Counted from the first letter of the stretch, positions 1-13,754 are shown. The stretch is DNA of 64,000 bases from Prorocentrum cordatum (GCA_963575745.1 CAUYUJ010000059.1:496001-560000); one strand, 5' to 3'. Numbers and translations are program-made. Notes: generated from the sequence alone by a model not told the origin.

Positions 1-529
1 CCATGGCGCCGCGCACACATCTTGGCAAGGCGCCGCGCGTCCTCGGATGGGTCGACTCCGGTACTATTCCGGGGGGGTACGCTGTGAGCATGCCGAATTT
101 CGACGCAGGGATCGAATGCCATCGCCATTGTTTCTGTCGCCGGCAGCCAAGCAGAGGCGACGACGCCTTCACTCGCGAGTGTAACGCTGTCTTTGGGGAG
201 AATCCAAAACTCCATCAATCTCAGGTTGCTGCCCGAGACTGTCAGGGCCCAGAAGCAATCTCGACTGCCCGTGTATGATCGCGAGCGCGCGGGCGGTGCC
301 CCCGCGGCATCGACGGGCCCCACCGCTATAGAAGCTACCATCGGAGCGCCCCCAGAGCTCAAGAACCCCCATCGCGTTCCCGCGATGATCAACATTGCCC
401 TCATGCCTCGTCTTCCTTATCGCCCTCCTCCGATCCCTTGCTGGGCAACCATGAGCGATGGGTTGCGTGGCGCCCTGTCGAACAGGATCGATTCGATCGA
501 CGCTGATCCGCGATCGTTTGGCTCGAGCA

Positions 530-1150
530 ATGGTGGTGACGCACGAGGCACATGCTGAGTCGCAGCGCCGCTGGGACGCCGCGGCTGGAGCGCGCGCGCG
601 CACCCCCGTGGCGCTCGAGGTCCAGTTCCAGTTTGGCGCGGCGTCGTTAGGCGCGCCGCAGGCGATCCAGGCGCTGGATCAGCCGCCCCGCCGGGCGTCG
701 GGGAGGCCGTCCTGGGGGCGGCCCCTGCGGTCGCCCCAACAAGGGCCGGCCCCCCGGCGCGTCGCCGGGCGCACCTCGAACGCGCGGAAGGGGATCGCGA
801 ACCCCACGGCAAGGCGGCGGGCAGGGGCCAGGCGCCCAGCGCAATCCGGGGCAAGAGCCGCGGGAAGGGCAAGGGCGGAAAGGGCACGGGCGACAAGGGC
901 GGCAAGAGTGCCAAGGCAAAGGCAGCGGCGAAGGCAGCCGCTGCCCCGGCCTCGCCCGGGGGCGCCAGTGGCGCGCCGGCGCCCGGGGGCGGCGGGGCCG
1001 CTGCAGTGGCCCCGTCCGCCCCCGGACGCAGGGGCCCGCCAGGGGCGGGCAGGGCAATGGGCCGCGCGCGAAGCTGGAGTTCATCGGGGCCAGCGCGCCC
1101 CCGATCTCGCCCGCGCGCCGCCGCTGCGCGACGCCCTGCGCCCACTTGGG
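530..1150 (+). CDS. Possible first exon(s) of a gene (G/K/A-rich, GKGKGGKG); frame uncertain
   Basis: ATG at 530 directly after an SL-like TTTGGCTCGAG. Very GC-rich and coding-like, but the plausible peptide switches frame. Confidence 0.3.
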
Positions 1151-1605
1151 AGGGGAGGAGAAGTGTCGGGCGGGATGAGTCCTACAATTTAGCCAGCCTG
1201 GGATGGGTGGTTCGTTGGCGCGAGAGGGAGAGAAGGGAGAGGGCCGAAGATTGGCGCGCCGCGTTCGCGCCCGGGGATTTTCGGGCCCCCAGTATTATCT
1301 CCCCCTACCCCCTTCCTCCCACCCCCACTCCCTCTTCCCCCCCCGGGGCTGGCTGGTCGCCTACGGGCCCCTCCCCCCCCCATAGCTCTCCCCCGGGCCT
1401 CCGGTGCCCTGCCGGAGGTCTTTGCGACCCCTCGCCGTTCTCCGTCGCACTTCCCCCCCCCCCCCGCCCCCCCCCCCGGGACTTTCCCGAGGCCCGCCGG
1501 CCGCCCCCCGGGCCACGTCGCGGCCGCCCTATATGCGGGGGCGGAGACGCAAGCGGACAGCGCCTGGCCGACTCGCCGAAGCGCCGCCTGCGGAGCCCAC
1601 GGGTC

Positions 1606-1782
1606 TGGACGCCCGAAATGGGCACGGAAAGAATGGGTACAGTGCCCAAAAGCAGTTCCTGCTCCTTTTGAACAGGACTCGCTGTGCCACGCCGCCGCGG
1701 CCTGCGCCCATGTGAGACAGAGGGCCGCCTGTTTGCTGTTGGGCATTGTACCCATTTTTTCGGTACCCATTTCGGGCGTCCA
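1606..1782. mobile_element. MITE family C (~48-bp TIRs)
   Basis: TGGACGCCCGAAATGGGCAC... / ...CCCATTTCGGGCGTCCA; second copy at 24950-25158. Confidence 0.8.
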
Positions 1783-2069
1783 AAACGGGGAGCAGGAGGG
1801 CGCTGTCCGGGGGGCGCGCGGCGGCCCGCCCCGCGGAGCCTGGCTTCGCCGATGTCCGGGGAGCGCCACAGGCCCGCGCCCCGCTGCGTTGCTGCCCCCT
1901 GGGGCACGAGCGGCGTGGCCACTCGCCACAACCCCTCCCTGCGCCTCCTCCTCCTCCTCCTCCTCCTCCTCCTCCTCCTCCTCCTCCTCCTCCTCCTCCT
2001 CCTCCTCCTCCTCCTCCTCCTCCTCCTCCTCCTCCTCCTCCTCCTCCTCCTCCTCCTAGTCCTCGCCGT

Positions 2070-3150
2070 AACCATTCGAAAAACCACTTTGCGTTTCGGG
2101 GAGGTTCTCAGGTTGAGGAAGTGATATTTCTTGAGAAACGCAACGAGTGAGACCCCGAGAACCCGCTCCTCACTTTCGCTGGAGATATCTCCAAGGCCAA
2201 TGATTACACGGACCGCTGGGGCGTTGCTCAGGCCTGCTGGAAGCACTTGATCCCGAAGGTTTTCTCGGCGGGATGGTTTCGACATATCGGGGGGGGCACG
2301 GCGACCGTCTCACTTGATGACCTCGCGAGTTCGGTTTCTGCTGGGCGAACGCGTTCTCTGGCGCAGAGGGGCCATGCGGCGCCGTTCTCGTTCAACCTTG
2401 AGCTCGTCATCCTGATTGACCAGTTCGTCAGGAGATGCGAGAGCGCGAGAGGCAGCGAAGTTTCAGCTGGCAAGTATCCACCAGCCGTGGCCAGGACCTG
2501 TATATACCCATCCTCTGTTTCGCGGACAATTTCTGGACCTTGGGAAATGACCAGAAATCGGTTGCAGATCTGACGCGAACGCGGCCACGAGGTGGATCTT
2601 ATTGACTGCCAGTGGTTTACTACATCGCTTTCCGAGGTCACTTGTTGGAACGAGACCGTCAGCATCTACGGTCAGGATATCACGAGGGTCCCGAGGCAGG
2701 AGGGCATCCAGTTTTTCAGGGGCGACGATGTCACGCGACGGACACGACGAGACGGCGACGGAACATCGCATATCTCAAGCCTGGAAGACGTGGTTCCGTT
2801 GGCATTCAGTCTTTTGCCAGCAACACGCTCCGGTCGAGAAGCGTTTGTTTTTGCGCGACGGCGCAGAGAGAAGCAGTTTGTTCTGGGGCGCCACGGGGTT
2901 GACGCTGAGAAAGGATCAGCTCGCAAAGCTCAGGGGCTTCCATGACACTTTGCACAAACGAGTTTTCGACTTCAGGAAAAGACAACCACGAACCGTGGGC
3001 TGCGTTCATGGTTCGGACCTGCGAACAAATCAACGCGGTCAGCTAAATTCGACATATTCTTGGTTGGAACGACTATATTGTGCAGATGCACCATCGTGGG
3101 CAGGTCGTCTTGAACTTCCGAGTGTTACAGGCCTCGGAACAAATCAGCGA
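2070..3150 (+). pseudogene. Decayed non-LTR (RTE/LINE-like) reverse transcriptase fragment
   Basis: RT motifs in the expected order across frameshifts: FAFRGGSQVEEVIF, GDISKAND (2181-2204), SLAQ.G..APFSFNL, LCFADNFW (FADN 2519-2530), then thumb-like GATMSRDG..TEHRISQAWKTWF...SLFWGATGLTL. Confidence 0.8.
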
Positions 3151-5635
3151 ACACTCATGCCACATTCATCCGTCAACGCCTCCTCCCCTCCCCCAATGTT
3201 CGAAGTTGGCGGTCTGACGAGATGCACTTCGACCGCAGTGTCCCCCGCGCCTGCCAACATTGAGCTTGGGGGGAGGGGGAGTGTTCAGTAATTGTTTCCT
3301 TCTACCGTAGGGATCCCTCCCGTCTGAGCCCTCAGGCCCTCCACTTTCACGACGCCATGCTTCCCCCCCGTTTGGAGCTGGCTCCCGGACGCGGGCGTCG
3401 AGGCCACGCGCGGGAGCTTCGGCCCTGGAGGTCGGGGTCTTTCCCTTGTCGCCGTCCTCGCCTTCCCCAATCCTGGAAACACTTCTTGCCCAGCACCGGG
3501 AGCGTTGGCTACACAATTGGAACGCGGCGTTCCGTGGTGTCCGTGTGCACGTGTCTCACGTTTTGTGGTTCCCAGTAGGCTCTCGATGTTCCGAGCTTTG
3601 CTCTGGTCACGGACGAACTTCTCGAGGAATATACATACATTTAAGTGTCGTCATTCTCATCGCCATCTTCACCATCACCATCACCACTACTATTATCGTC
3701 ATCATCATCGTCAGCATCGTCACCATCACCATCATCAGCATCATCATTGCCGTTGCGTTGTTCCTCGTCCCCCTCCATCATCACTCTTTTCCTCGCCTCC
3801 ACCTCGCGCCCCCCCTTCTTTCCCTGGGGCCAGCGAGGACGGAGGGGAGGGAGGAGGATGAGGAAAGAGGCCGTAGACACGGGAGGGGGTGGGGGGAGGG
3901 AGGGAGGGAGGGCGGGACGGGGAGGAGGAGGAGGAGGATTGGCCCCCCGTGGCCTTGGGGCGTGGCTGCGCGCCCTCTGATGGCACATGCGTGTGCGGCG
4001 CTGCTGGGCAGGCCCCGTGGGGACGAGAGCCTCCCGAAGACACCGCCCAGCCAGCTCACAACCCCAACATCCCCACCCCAGGGCGGGCGGGCGGGGGACC
4101 GACCCCGTCGGCTGCCAAGCGGAGTTCGGCCATCACCTTGGACAGGGTGTTCGGCTGATAGTTGCACCCCGCCCCAACCAGGCGGACCGCAGGCCAGCGC
4201 ACAACCAACCTGCTCGCAACGGCACGGCGCGACGGCACTCCGTGACGGCACGGCACCAACGGCATTGCGTGACGGCGCGGCACCACGGCACGGCGCGGCA
4301 CCGCCACTCCCCGCGCGTGACGGCACGGCACCACGGCACTACGCAACGGCACGGCACCACGGCACGGCGTGGCATTGCCCGTTTCTGCCCTCGGGACGAC
4401 GGACGTCATCAATCATGATGTGGCACCGCAGGTGCTCGAGCGCGGCCGCGAACCGCCACCCTCTAGGAAGGTATTGTGGGCTCAATGACCTCAATCGCAA
4501 CCGCCGCCTCTGCTACCAATCCTCCTGCCGCTACTCGAAGAGTACGGTTCAGGAGGAGGAGGAGGAGGAAGAGGTTGTGGAGAAGGAGAAGGAAGGGGAG
4601 GAGGAGGAAGAGGAGGAGGAGGAGGAGGAGGAGGAGGACAACGACGACGACGACGAGAAGGACGAGGAGGAGGAAGCGGGAGGAGGAGGAGGAGGAGGAG
4701 GAGTTGGGAGGAGGAGAAGGAGGAGGAGGAGAAGAAGAAGAAGGAGGAGAAGGAGAATGAGAACGAGGCGGGAAGAGCAGAAGGAGGGGGAGGGGGATGA
4801 TGGAGGCGAGGCCCCCTGCCTCCTCAGAAGGCCACACTGCCCACCTTCCGCGCGGCCGCCGGGCAGGATCGCCTGCGCATGATCGCGGAGGCGCGGGGAC
4901 GGGAAGCGCCTGGGGAGGGCGGCGGAGCGAAGATTATAGTCAAGACGCTGAAATAAGAATCGTTTTGGGACTAGAAGGGGTTCGCTGTTCTTTTCGGCGA
5001 CAAGCCCGGTGAGAAGTGAGAACGGGCGGGCTTGTTCAGAAGGCTCGGAAGTCCCCCGGCCTTCTGAGAAGTTTTCTAAGCTTTCCCCGAAGACACAGAA
5101 AAATTCTCAGAAGGCCGGCGGGTTTCTGACAAGTCCCTCCGCCTTCTGAGAGGGCCTTCTTCTTCTCACTTACCCCCCTCGCTCGCCGCCGATCCGCAGG
5201 TCACTCCGTGGTTGTTCCTTTAGCCCTCCTCGTGCACCCAGACTATGTCGGCTCCAGCAGAAGGCACCGTTCCTTGCTTCGCGCTCCTCCCGGCCGTGCC
5301 ATGGCTGCAGCTGCGTGCGGATGTTCACGTCCGGCATTTCGGACAAGGTTTGGGAGATCGGGCGTCTCGTAATGAGGGGGCGATACATGGGCTTGGCATC
5401 GCTCGGACGTGTGTATTTCTCCTTCGGCGAGGACCATCGAGGAGCATCCTTGACCAGCTGGCGAAAAAGCCACGCACGAAACCGAAAAATTACACAGGGA
5501 ATGGACGGCCGAGCGATGGCGAGAAGAAACCACCGACAAGAAGAGAGGGGCCCTCGAAGTCGAAGAGATCCTGGCCAGAGCACGCCCCAGGACAGTCCCA
5601 AAGCTCGAGCCTGAGGGAGGGGGGGGGGGCTACAC

Positions 5636-5794
5636 TTCAGTCGGGCATGTCCCTCTACAGGAGGAATATTCAAAAATTGTCGAAGAAATAGTCTGGGGGT
5701 GATGTTTCGATTATGTTTGATTATGCTTGAATATTGTTTGGCTATTTTTCGTTTTCTTCCAAAATCCGCTTGTAGGAAGACATGCCCGACTGAA
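5636..5794. mobile_element. TIR family A MITE, copy 1
   Basis: Termini TTCAGTCGGGCATGTC / GACATGCCCGACTGAA; flanks GGCTACAC / GGCTGCAC (8 bp, 1 mismatch). Confidence 0.85.
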
Positions 5795-6629
5795 GGCTGC
5801 ACCTCTGGTGGCGCAAAGAGATCTGGGCATAAGCAATTTGGAGTCCAAAATCCGGATAGCAGGGCGCCAGAAGGCGTGGAAGGACCTCTTGAAGAATTTT
5901 GGAAGCTCCTGGCGAGAGCTTCCGAAGGAGCTCCTGGAAAGCTTCCGGGCACATGTATTGGGAAATGCTTAGAAAAGGCCTGCCGGAATTGGAACACGCC
6001 ACAATCTCAAGCAATTCGCGCCGGAGATTCTTGCCGGAAGCCGGAACGAGCTCCAGGGTTACCGTGCGGTTCCGGCTTCTTAATCTGGAGCCCTTTAGCT
6101 CTCAACGAGCTACCCGAGAAAAAATGATGGTGGGCGGGCCGTCTGAAGGTCACGGGTGCTTATTTTGCCAGTGGGCCAAGAATTAAGAATCGCTAGCCTT
6201 GTCACGGGCATTTCAAGGAGGCGGGTCCTTGTGGCGAGCGGCGCCCAGGAAGCAGGAATCAGAGAGGAAGCAAGGGTCGCGATCTCCGGGCTGGGGCCAC
6301 GGGGGAAGGTGGTTCCCCGTGGCGAGCGACACCCAGGAATCAGGGGTCGCCATCTCGGCGCCAGGGCTACGGGGGAGGGTGGGTTCCGTGGCAAGCGGTC
6401 GCCGTCTCCGCGCCGGGGCCACCGGGGAGAGTAGGTCCCCGTGGTGAGGGGGCCACATGCAAACCCTACCCCTACCGCCCACGAAGTGAACCCCACCCTC
6501 CCCCTCAGAATCGTGGGGGGTAGGGGTAGGGTTCGCATGTGGCCCCCTAGTGGTGAGCAGCACCTAGGAATCAAGGGTCGCCATTTCCGCGCTAGGGCCA
6601 CTGGGAGGGGTGGGTCCCCGAGGCGAGCG

Positions 6630-9600
6630 GCACCCGCGGGTCACCTGTTGTGCGCGCGCCGCATGGGAAAACGTATGGAGTGACAATGCGTCGACTCATG
6701 TTGAGGCCCAGAATGCAAGTGAAACAGTTAGCTTTTCTCAACCAGTTTTCTGGTGACCCATTCGTCCGAGGGTCACCTGTTGCGCGCCCGACGTATGCGA
6801 AACGTATCGATTGGCAATGCAGCGACTCATGTTGAAGCCCACGATGCAGGTGAAGCAATTTGTTCTTTCTCAACCAGTTTTCCGGTGACCCCATCCGGCC
6901 GTGGGTCATTTGTTGCGCGTGCGCCGTACGGGAAACGCATCGGGTGGCAATGCATCGACTCATGTTGGGCCCAGAATGCAAGTGAAACAATTGTTTTGTT
7001 TCAGCCAGTTTTCTGGAGGCCCATTCGTCTGCGGGTCACTTGTTGCGCGCGCACCGTATGGGAAGCGCATTGGGTGGCAATGTGTCGACTCATGTTGAGG
7101 TCCAGAATGCAAGTGAGACAAATGGTTGTCCTCAACCAGTGGTCTGTCGACCCACCCGTCCATGGGTCATCTGTTGCGCGCGCGCCGAATGGGAAAACGT
7201 ATCGAGTGACAATACACCAGCGCACGTTGAGGCCCAGAACGCAAGTAAAACAAATTGTTGTTCTCAACCAGGTGTCTGGTGATCCACCCGTCCGTGGGTC
7301 ATATGTTGTGCGCGTGCCGTAAAGGAACCGTATCCAAATGCAATGCATCGAGTAATGTTGAGGCCCAGAACGCAAGAGAAACAATTGTGTTGTATCAGCA
7401 ACTTTTCTGGTGGCCCGCCCGTCCGTGGGTCACTTGTTGCGTGCAAGCCGTACGGGAAATGCATTGAGTCGTAATGCATCGATTCACGCTAAATTACAGA
7501 ACGCACATGAAACAGCTCGTTTTTCTCAACCAGTTTTCTGGTTACCCACCCGTCCGATGGTCACCTGTTGTGCGCGCGCTGTATTGGAAACGCGTTGGGT
7601 GGCAACGCATCGGATCATGTAGGCACCCAGAATGCAAGTGAAGCAATGGGTTTTTCTCAACCAAGTTTCTCGTAACCCACCCGCCCGTGGGTCAAGTGTT
7701 GCGCGCGCGCCGTAGGGGAATCGTATTGAGTGGCAATGCATCGATTCATGTTGAGGCCCAGAACGCAAGTAACACAGTTGGTTTTGTCTCAACCAGTTTT
7801 CTGGTGAACCCCCCCTGTCCGTGGGTGACCTGTCGTAAGCGTGCCGTACGGGCAACGCTTTGCGTGGCAGTGCATCCATTCATGTTGATGCCCAGAATGC
7901 AGGTGAAACAGTTCGTTTTTCGCAACCAGTTTTACGGTGGCCCGCCCGTCCGTGGGTCATTTGTTGCGCGCGCCGTATGGGAATCGTATCGAGTGGCAGT
8001 GCATCGCCTCACGCTGAGGCCATGATTGCAAGTGAAACAACTGCCGATTCGTCCGTGAGTGACCAGGTTCTGCGCCTTCCGTAGTGGAAACGTATTAGAT
8101 GGCAATGCGTCGGCTCATGTTGGGGCCCAGAATGCAGGTTTAACAACTTGTTTGTCCCGACCAGTTGTCTGGTGACCCACCCGTCCGTGCACCTTTTGCC
8201 CGCGCGCCGAATGGGAAACGTATTGAGTGGCAATGCATCAACTGCTGTTGAGGCCCAGGTTACAAGTGGAGCAATTTGTTTTTCTCCACAAATGTTCCGG
8301 TGACCCACCCGTCCGTGGGTCACTTGTTGTGCACGTGCCGTCTGGGAAACGTATCGGGTGGCAATGCATCGGATCTTATTGAGGCCCAAACATGCAAGCT
8401 AAACAAGTGGTTCATGTCAACTATGGGAAACGCATAACCTCATGTTGAGACCCCGAATGCACATGAAACAACTGGTTTTTCGCAACCAGTTTTCTGGTGA
8501 CCCACCCGTCCGAGGGTCACCTGTTGTGCACGCGGCGCACTGGAAACATAATGAGTGGCAGTGCATCAACCAGAATGCAAGTGAAACAATTGATTTGTCT
8601 CAACCTGTTTTCTGGTGACCCACCCGTCCGTGGGTCACCTGTTCCACGCGCGCCGTATGGGAAACGAGTCGGGTGGCAACGCATCGCCTCATGTTGAGGC
8701 CTAAATTGCAAGTGAAACAAACGGTTTCTCTCAACCAGTTTTCTGGTTACCCACCCGTCCGTGGGTCTCATTTTGCGCGCGCCGAATGGGAAACGCATTG
8801 AGTGGCAATACATCGCCCCATGTTGAGGCCTAGAATGCAAGTGAAACAACTGGTTTGTCTCAACCTTCTTTTGGTGGCCCACCCTTCCGTGGGTCACCTG
8901 TTGTGCGCGCGCAGTAAGGGAAAACATATTGAATGGCAAAGCATCGACTCATGTTGAGGCCCAGAACGCAAGTGAAACAAATGGTTTTTCTCCACCACTG
9001 CTTTGGTAACCCACCCTTCCGTGGGTCAGTTGCTGCGCGCACACGAAACACAGCACATGAAACAGCTCGTCTTCTCAACCAGTTTTCTTGTTGCCCACCC
9101 GTCCGATGCTCACCTGTTGTGCGCGCGCCGTATTGGAAGCGCGTTGGGTGGCAACGCATCGGATCATGGGTTTTTTCCTCTTTTCTCAACCAGGTTTCTC
9201 GTAACCCACCCGCTCGTGGGTCAAGTGTTGCGCGCGCCGTACGGGAAACGCATTGAGAGGCAATGTGTCGGCTCATGTTGAGGCCCAGAATGCAAGCGAA
9301 CAAGTTGGTTTGTCTCAACCTTTTTTTTGGTGGCCCACCCTTCCGTGGGTCACCCATTGTGCGCGCGCCATACGGGAAACGCGTTGCGTTGCAATGCACC
9401 GGCGCATGTTGAGGCCCAGATTTGAAGTGATACAATTGTTTTTCTCGACCAGTTCTTTGGTGACCCACCCGTCCGTGGGTCACCCATTGCGCGCACGCCG
9501 TACGGGAATCGCATCGGGTGGCAACGCATCGCTTCATGTTGAAGCCCAGAGTGCAAGTCGAACCATTGGTTTTACTCAACCAGTGTTCTCTTGACCCACC

Positions 9601-9750
9601 CGTGCATGGGTCACCGGTTCCGCGCGCGCCGGATGGGAAACGTACGGAGTTGCCATGCATCGCCCAATGTTGAGGCCCAGAATTGACGGTGAAAAAGCTG
9701 GCTTCTCTCGACCAGCTTTCTGGTGATCCACCTGGCCGTGGGTCACCAGC
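6630..9750. repeat. Diverged ~131-bp tandem array (>20 units)
   Basis: TTGAGGCCCAGAATGCAAGTGAAACA recurs about every 131 bp; each unit has a GGTGACCCAC-N6-GTGGGTCACC hairpin. Confidence 0.9.
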
Positions 9751-10879
9751 AAACCTGACGAACCAACAACACGCACCCATACCCATAAGGGGGTCGGAGA
9801 GGGCTATGGGTGCGTGTTGTCGGATGGGGGGCCCCGCTCGAACGGGAGCGTTCCCCAGGGTCCGACAACCCGCACCCATACCCATAGCCAGTCCTCCTCC
9901 CCGCGAACCCCCCTTATGGGTATGGGTATGAGTGTGGGTGTGTGCTGTTCGTTCGTCGAAACCGCGGAAGCAAGGGTGTCCATCTCCGCGCCGGGGCCAC
10001 GGGGGGGGGGGGGCGGGGTTCTCCGCGGCGGGCGGCGCCCGGGAAGCAGGGGTCGCCACGTCCGCGCAGGGGGCCACGGGGGAGAGGGCGGGGTTTCCTG
10101 CTGGGGGGCCCAACGATACACACCACCACCTCCCTCCCCCCCCTTCCCTCTCGCTGAGGAGAGGAGAGGGGAGGAATCCACGTGGTGGTGGTGTGTATTC
10201 TTTGGGCCCCCACCTGGGGCGAGCGGCGCCCAGGAGTCAAGAGACGCCATGTCCAGGCTGGGGCCACGGGGGGCGCGGGCCCCCGTGGCGAGCGGCGCCC
10301 TGGAAGCAAGAGGCGCCATCTCCAGGCTGAGGCCACGGGGGGGGGGGTCCCCGTGGCGAGCGGCCCCCGGGAGGCGTGCGCCGAGCCAAGCATCAAGCAC
10401 GTTTGAAACTCCTTGCGCGCGAGATCGAAAAGCGAGTCTGGCCTGCGGGAAGCACGGGGCCGAGAATTCAGGAATCCTCATGTTTGAACCTGCACGAGCC
10501 GGGTTGAGTAGGGAACACTCACTTTTCAAGTGGGGCTCGGTCGATCTTTCGGGCTGCAGGCGTTCTGCTACCTTTTTGGCGGCGAGCTTCCTTGGTGCTC
10601 CTCGGGAAGAAGGGGCTTCGTTCCTCATTGTAGAGGCCTCCGGCCGGTGCCGCCGATCCGGGACGATCCCGCTGTCTGAAGGACGCTTTCGCCCCAGCGC
10701 GGGGCGATCTTTTCCCTTCTCCGCGCTGCGCTTCAGTTTTGTAGGCGGTTAAAAAATCCTTCGGGTTGCATGCGTTCCGCTACGTACCTTCTTGGCGGCG
10801 AGCTTCCTTGGTGTTCCTCGGGAGAATGGGGCTTCGTTCCTTATGTATCGTTCCTTCGGTCAGGCCGAATCCTGTAGTC

Positions 10880-11035
10880 TTAAGTCGGGCCTGTCCCTCT
10901 ACAGGGGGAATATTCAAAAATAGTCAAAAATAGTCTGGGGATTTTTTCAGTATTTTGGGGCATCTTTTGAGTATTTTTTGAGTCTGCTTTCTTTTTCGTC
11001 CAAAATCCCTCTGTAGGGGGACACGCCCGACCTAA
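10880..11035. mobile_element. TIR family A MITE, copy 2
   Basis: Termini TTAAGTCGGGCCTGTCCC / GGGACACGCCCGACCTAA; perfect 8-bp TSD CTGTAGTC. Confidence 0.9.
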
Positions 11036-11089
11036 CTGTAGTCCGAAGTTGAACCAGAAGTTGGTCCGGCAGCGGTTCCCTCTGTCTTG

Positions 11090-11765
11090 AGCGGCGCACG
11101 ACAGCCGTGATTCTCATCAGGGCCTCCACGGGCGCAGGCCACGACTACGAATACATATGAAGTTAAAGTAGCCCGCCCCCCCTCCGCCTCCTCGTCCTCC
11201 TGCTCCTCCTGCTCCTCGTCCTCTTCCTCCTCCTCCTCCTCCTCCTCCTCCTCCTCCTCCTCCTCCTCCTCTTCCTCCTCCTCCTCCTCCTCCTCCTCCT
11301 CCTCCTCCTCCTCCTCCTCCTCCTCCTCCTCCCCCTCCTCCTCGTAGCAAAAAGTCGCACGGGGAAAAAACTTTACATGTGGAGAGTGGCTCCTACCAGA
11401 GGTGTGCCTGCCCTGTTTTTGTGTGCTTCTGGGGGTCGGAGTAGAATGGGATCGGAGGATCGAGCCGCATCGCCGGTGCATCGCCGATGCGGCTCGATGC
11501 GGGGCCCCATTAGCTTCACGCCGACGTCGCCGATGCATCGCCGACGTCGACGACTCATCGCCGGTGCATCACCGATGCATCGCCGGCGCATCGCCGATGT
11601 ATCGGCGATGCGGCGCGATCCTCCGACCCCATCTACCCCGACCCCATCTACAGTCGGCCCGGCTTAGTAGGTCGACCCTGCCAGATCAAGGGTGCCCTTG
11701 TATCTTGTGCCTCGCGACCCGTGCCTCTTGCATTCCTGCGGAAATGTGGCCCTCGGAAGGGTCTT
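11090..11765. repeat. Dispersed ~0.7-kb repeat with an internal (CCT)n tract, copy 1
   Basis: Nearly identical to 19012-19783 apart from the microsatellite. Confidence 0.85.
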
Positions 11766-11811
11766 ATCTAGGAGGCCTCTAGTGCTCGTTGGCGGCATGC
11801 TTCTCTTAGAC

Positions 11812-11972
11812 TTAAGTCGGGCCTGTCCCTCCACAGGGGGAATATTCAGAAATAGTTAAACAATAGTCTAGGGACGATGTTTCTATGATTTGTTCGACCA
11901 TTTTGGAGCATGTTTTGAGTACTTTTAATTTTTCCTCGAAAATCCCCCTGAAGGGGGACAGGCCCGACCTAA
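11812..11972. mobile_element. TIR family A MITE, copy 3
   Basis: Same TIRs; flanked by a 35-bp direct duplication (11777-11811 and 11973-12007, 2 mismatches). Confidence 0.9.
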
Positions 11973-12638
11973 CTCTAGTGCTCGCTGGCGGCATGCTTCT
12001 CTTAGGCCTCTCGCTGGACGGGCGGCCGTCGGCTCCTCCCGCCAGCTCTTGCCCGGGTCGTGGACGAGAGGCCCGCCTGGGCTCCGAGAGCATCGACGTC
12101 CACGACGAACGGAAAAGTATCTTCCACACGCCGACAGGGTCGCCGGTCTGGGGGCCGCCTGGGGAGAGAGAGAGAGAGAGAGAGAGGTCTGTTGGGGAAG
12201 CCTCGGGGGGAATTCGTGAGGGCCTCTGGCGTTATGATGTTCCAACCTACTTGTTTTAGCCTTGATCGCCAGAAAGACTCTCGAGCGCCCAAAAAAAGTG
12301 CCGAAACTCGAGGCTTTTCACGTGTCGGGCCCTGGGAGACACTCGCCCGACATTGTTTCGACACTCTTTTGACACTTTTCCGGGTGCTCGAAATTATTTC
12401 TGGGATCTGGTCCTTAAGAAGGATGGGAACATAATTCTGGTGGAGTTTCCTGGCGGTTTCGAAGGCCATCCTGGAGGGAAGTGCTCGAAGCGTCGCTTCC
12501 AGGTCCCCACTGGGGCCCCTCGTGGGGCCGTCTTGGAGGCCTCCTGAGCCTTCGTGGGGACCGTCTTGGGGGCATCTTGGGCCGCCTTGGGCGCTCTCAA
12601 TGAAGACGGAAAAATTGATCATCCGCAAATCATATAAA

Positions 12639-12673
<35 letters not shown>

Positions 12674-13754
12674 AACAAACAAACAAACAAACAAACAAAC
12701 AAACGAACAAACACACGTGTTCAATGATGTTGGCTTCTTGGGCTGGCCTCCAGGGCATCCAAAACGGCCCAAGATGCTCCCGAGAAGGCTCCAGGACGGA
12801 CACTCAGACCATCGCAGGCCATGTTGGAGGTATGGTGTCCAGGCTACGCTCCACCGAGCCTACGAGAAACTCATGCGACCGGCCCCAGCAGCCACGCGAG
12901 AAGCTTTCAAAAAGCAGGCATTCAGGGGGCTCGGGGGCACCCTGCCGTAAGAGTAGCCAGTTGCGGTGCCGCTGGGCTCCGCCACTGGGCTCGGACAGCC
13001 GCCTGCAGGGAAAACCCTCCTTGGGGCCCTCTTGGCGGGCCTCTCGAGGTCTCGTTGGGGGCCGTTCGGGGGCCGTCTTGGGGCGCGCTTGGCCCGTCGG
13101 ACGCCCTCGGAGGCCGTCGTTGGGATCTCTTTGGGCCATATGACGGCCTTTCCTGGGGCGCTTGCGGGGCCATCCTGGGGCCCTTTTGCGCCGTCTTGGG
13201 GGTCTCTGGGCCGTACTGGGGGCACACTGGGGGCCCCTTGGTCCTTCCGATTGGTGCGGAAGCCCGAAGGGGCGCCAGCACTACAAGATGTCCTGCACAG
13301 TGTTTGCACTGGGGGATCCTACTCCTGCTCCAATGAACTGGGCCTGTCTGCCGCTCTGGCGGCTATCATGCCGCCGTCGCCGCCCCGTCGCCAGCTCGTC
13401 ACCGCCCGTCGTCTGCGCCTGTCTGCCGCCTTGACGGCTGTGTTGCCGCCGTCGCCGCCCCGTCGGCATGCCTCTCGGAGGGAGCGTCAGCTGACACACA
13501 ACGGTGGCTCCCCGCCTGGCCCAGAGTCGCTCGGAGCCCATCCCCAGACCCGCCGCGCATCCCGCCCCGAGCGCCCGAGCTGCAGCGACGACGGCTCCAC
13601 GCTGCTCCCGGGCGGGCGCCGCTGCCCGGCGGAGGGGGGAGGGGAGGGGAGAATTTGGCCTATGATGTTCCAACTTGCTTTCCTCTTGACTACCAGAGTG
13701 AATGTCGAGCACCAAGAGAACACCCCCAAAGCTCGAGGGTCTTCACATGCCGGG

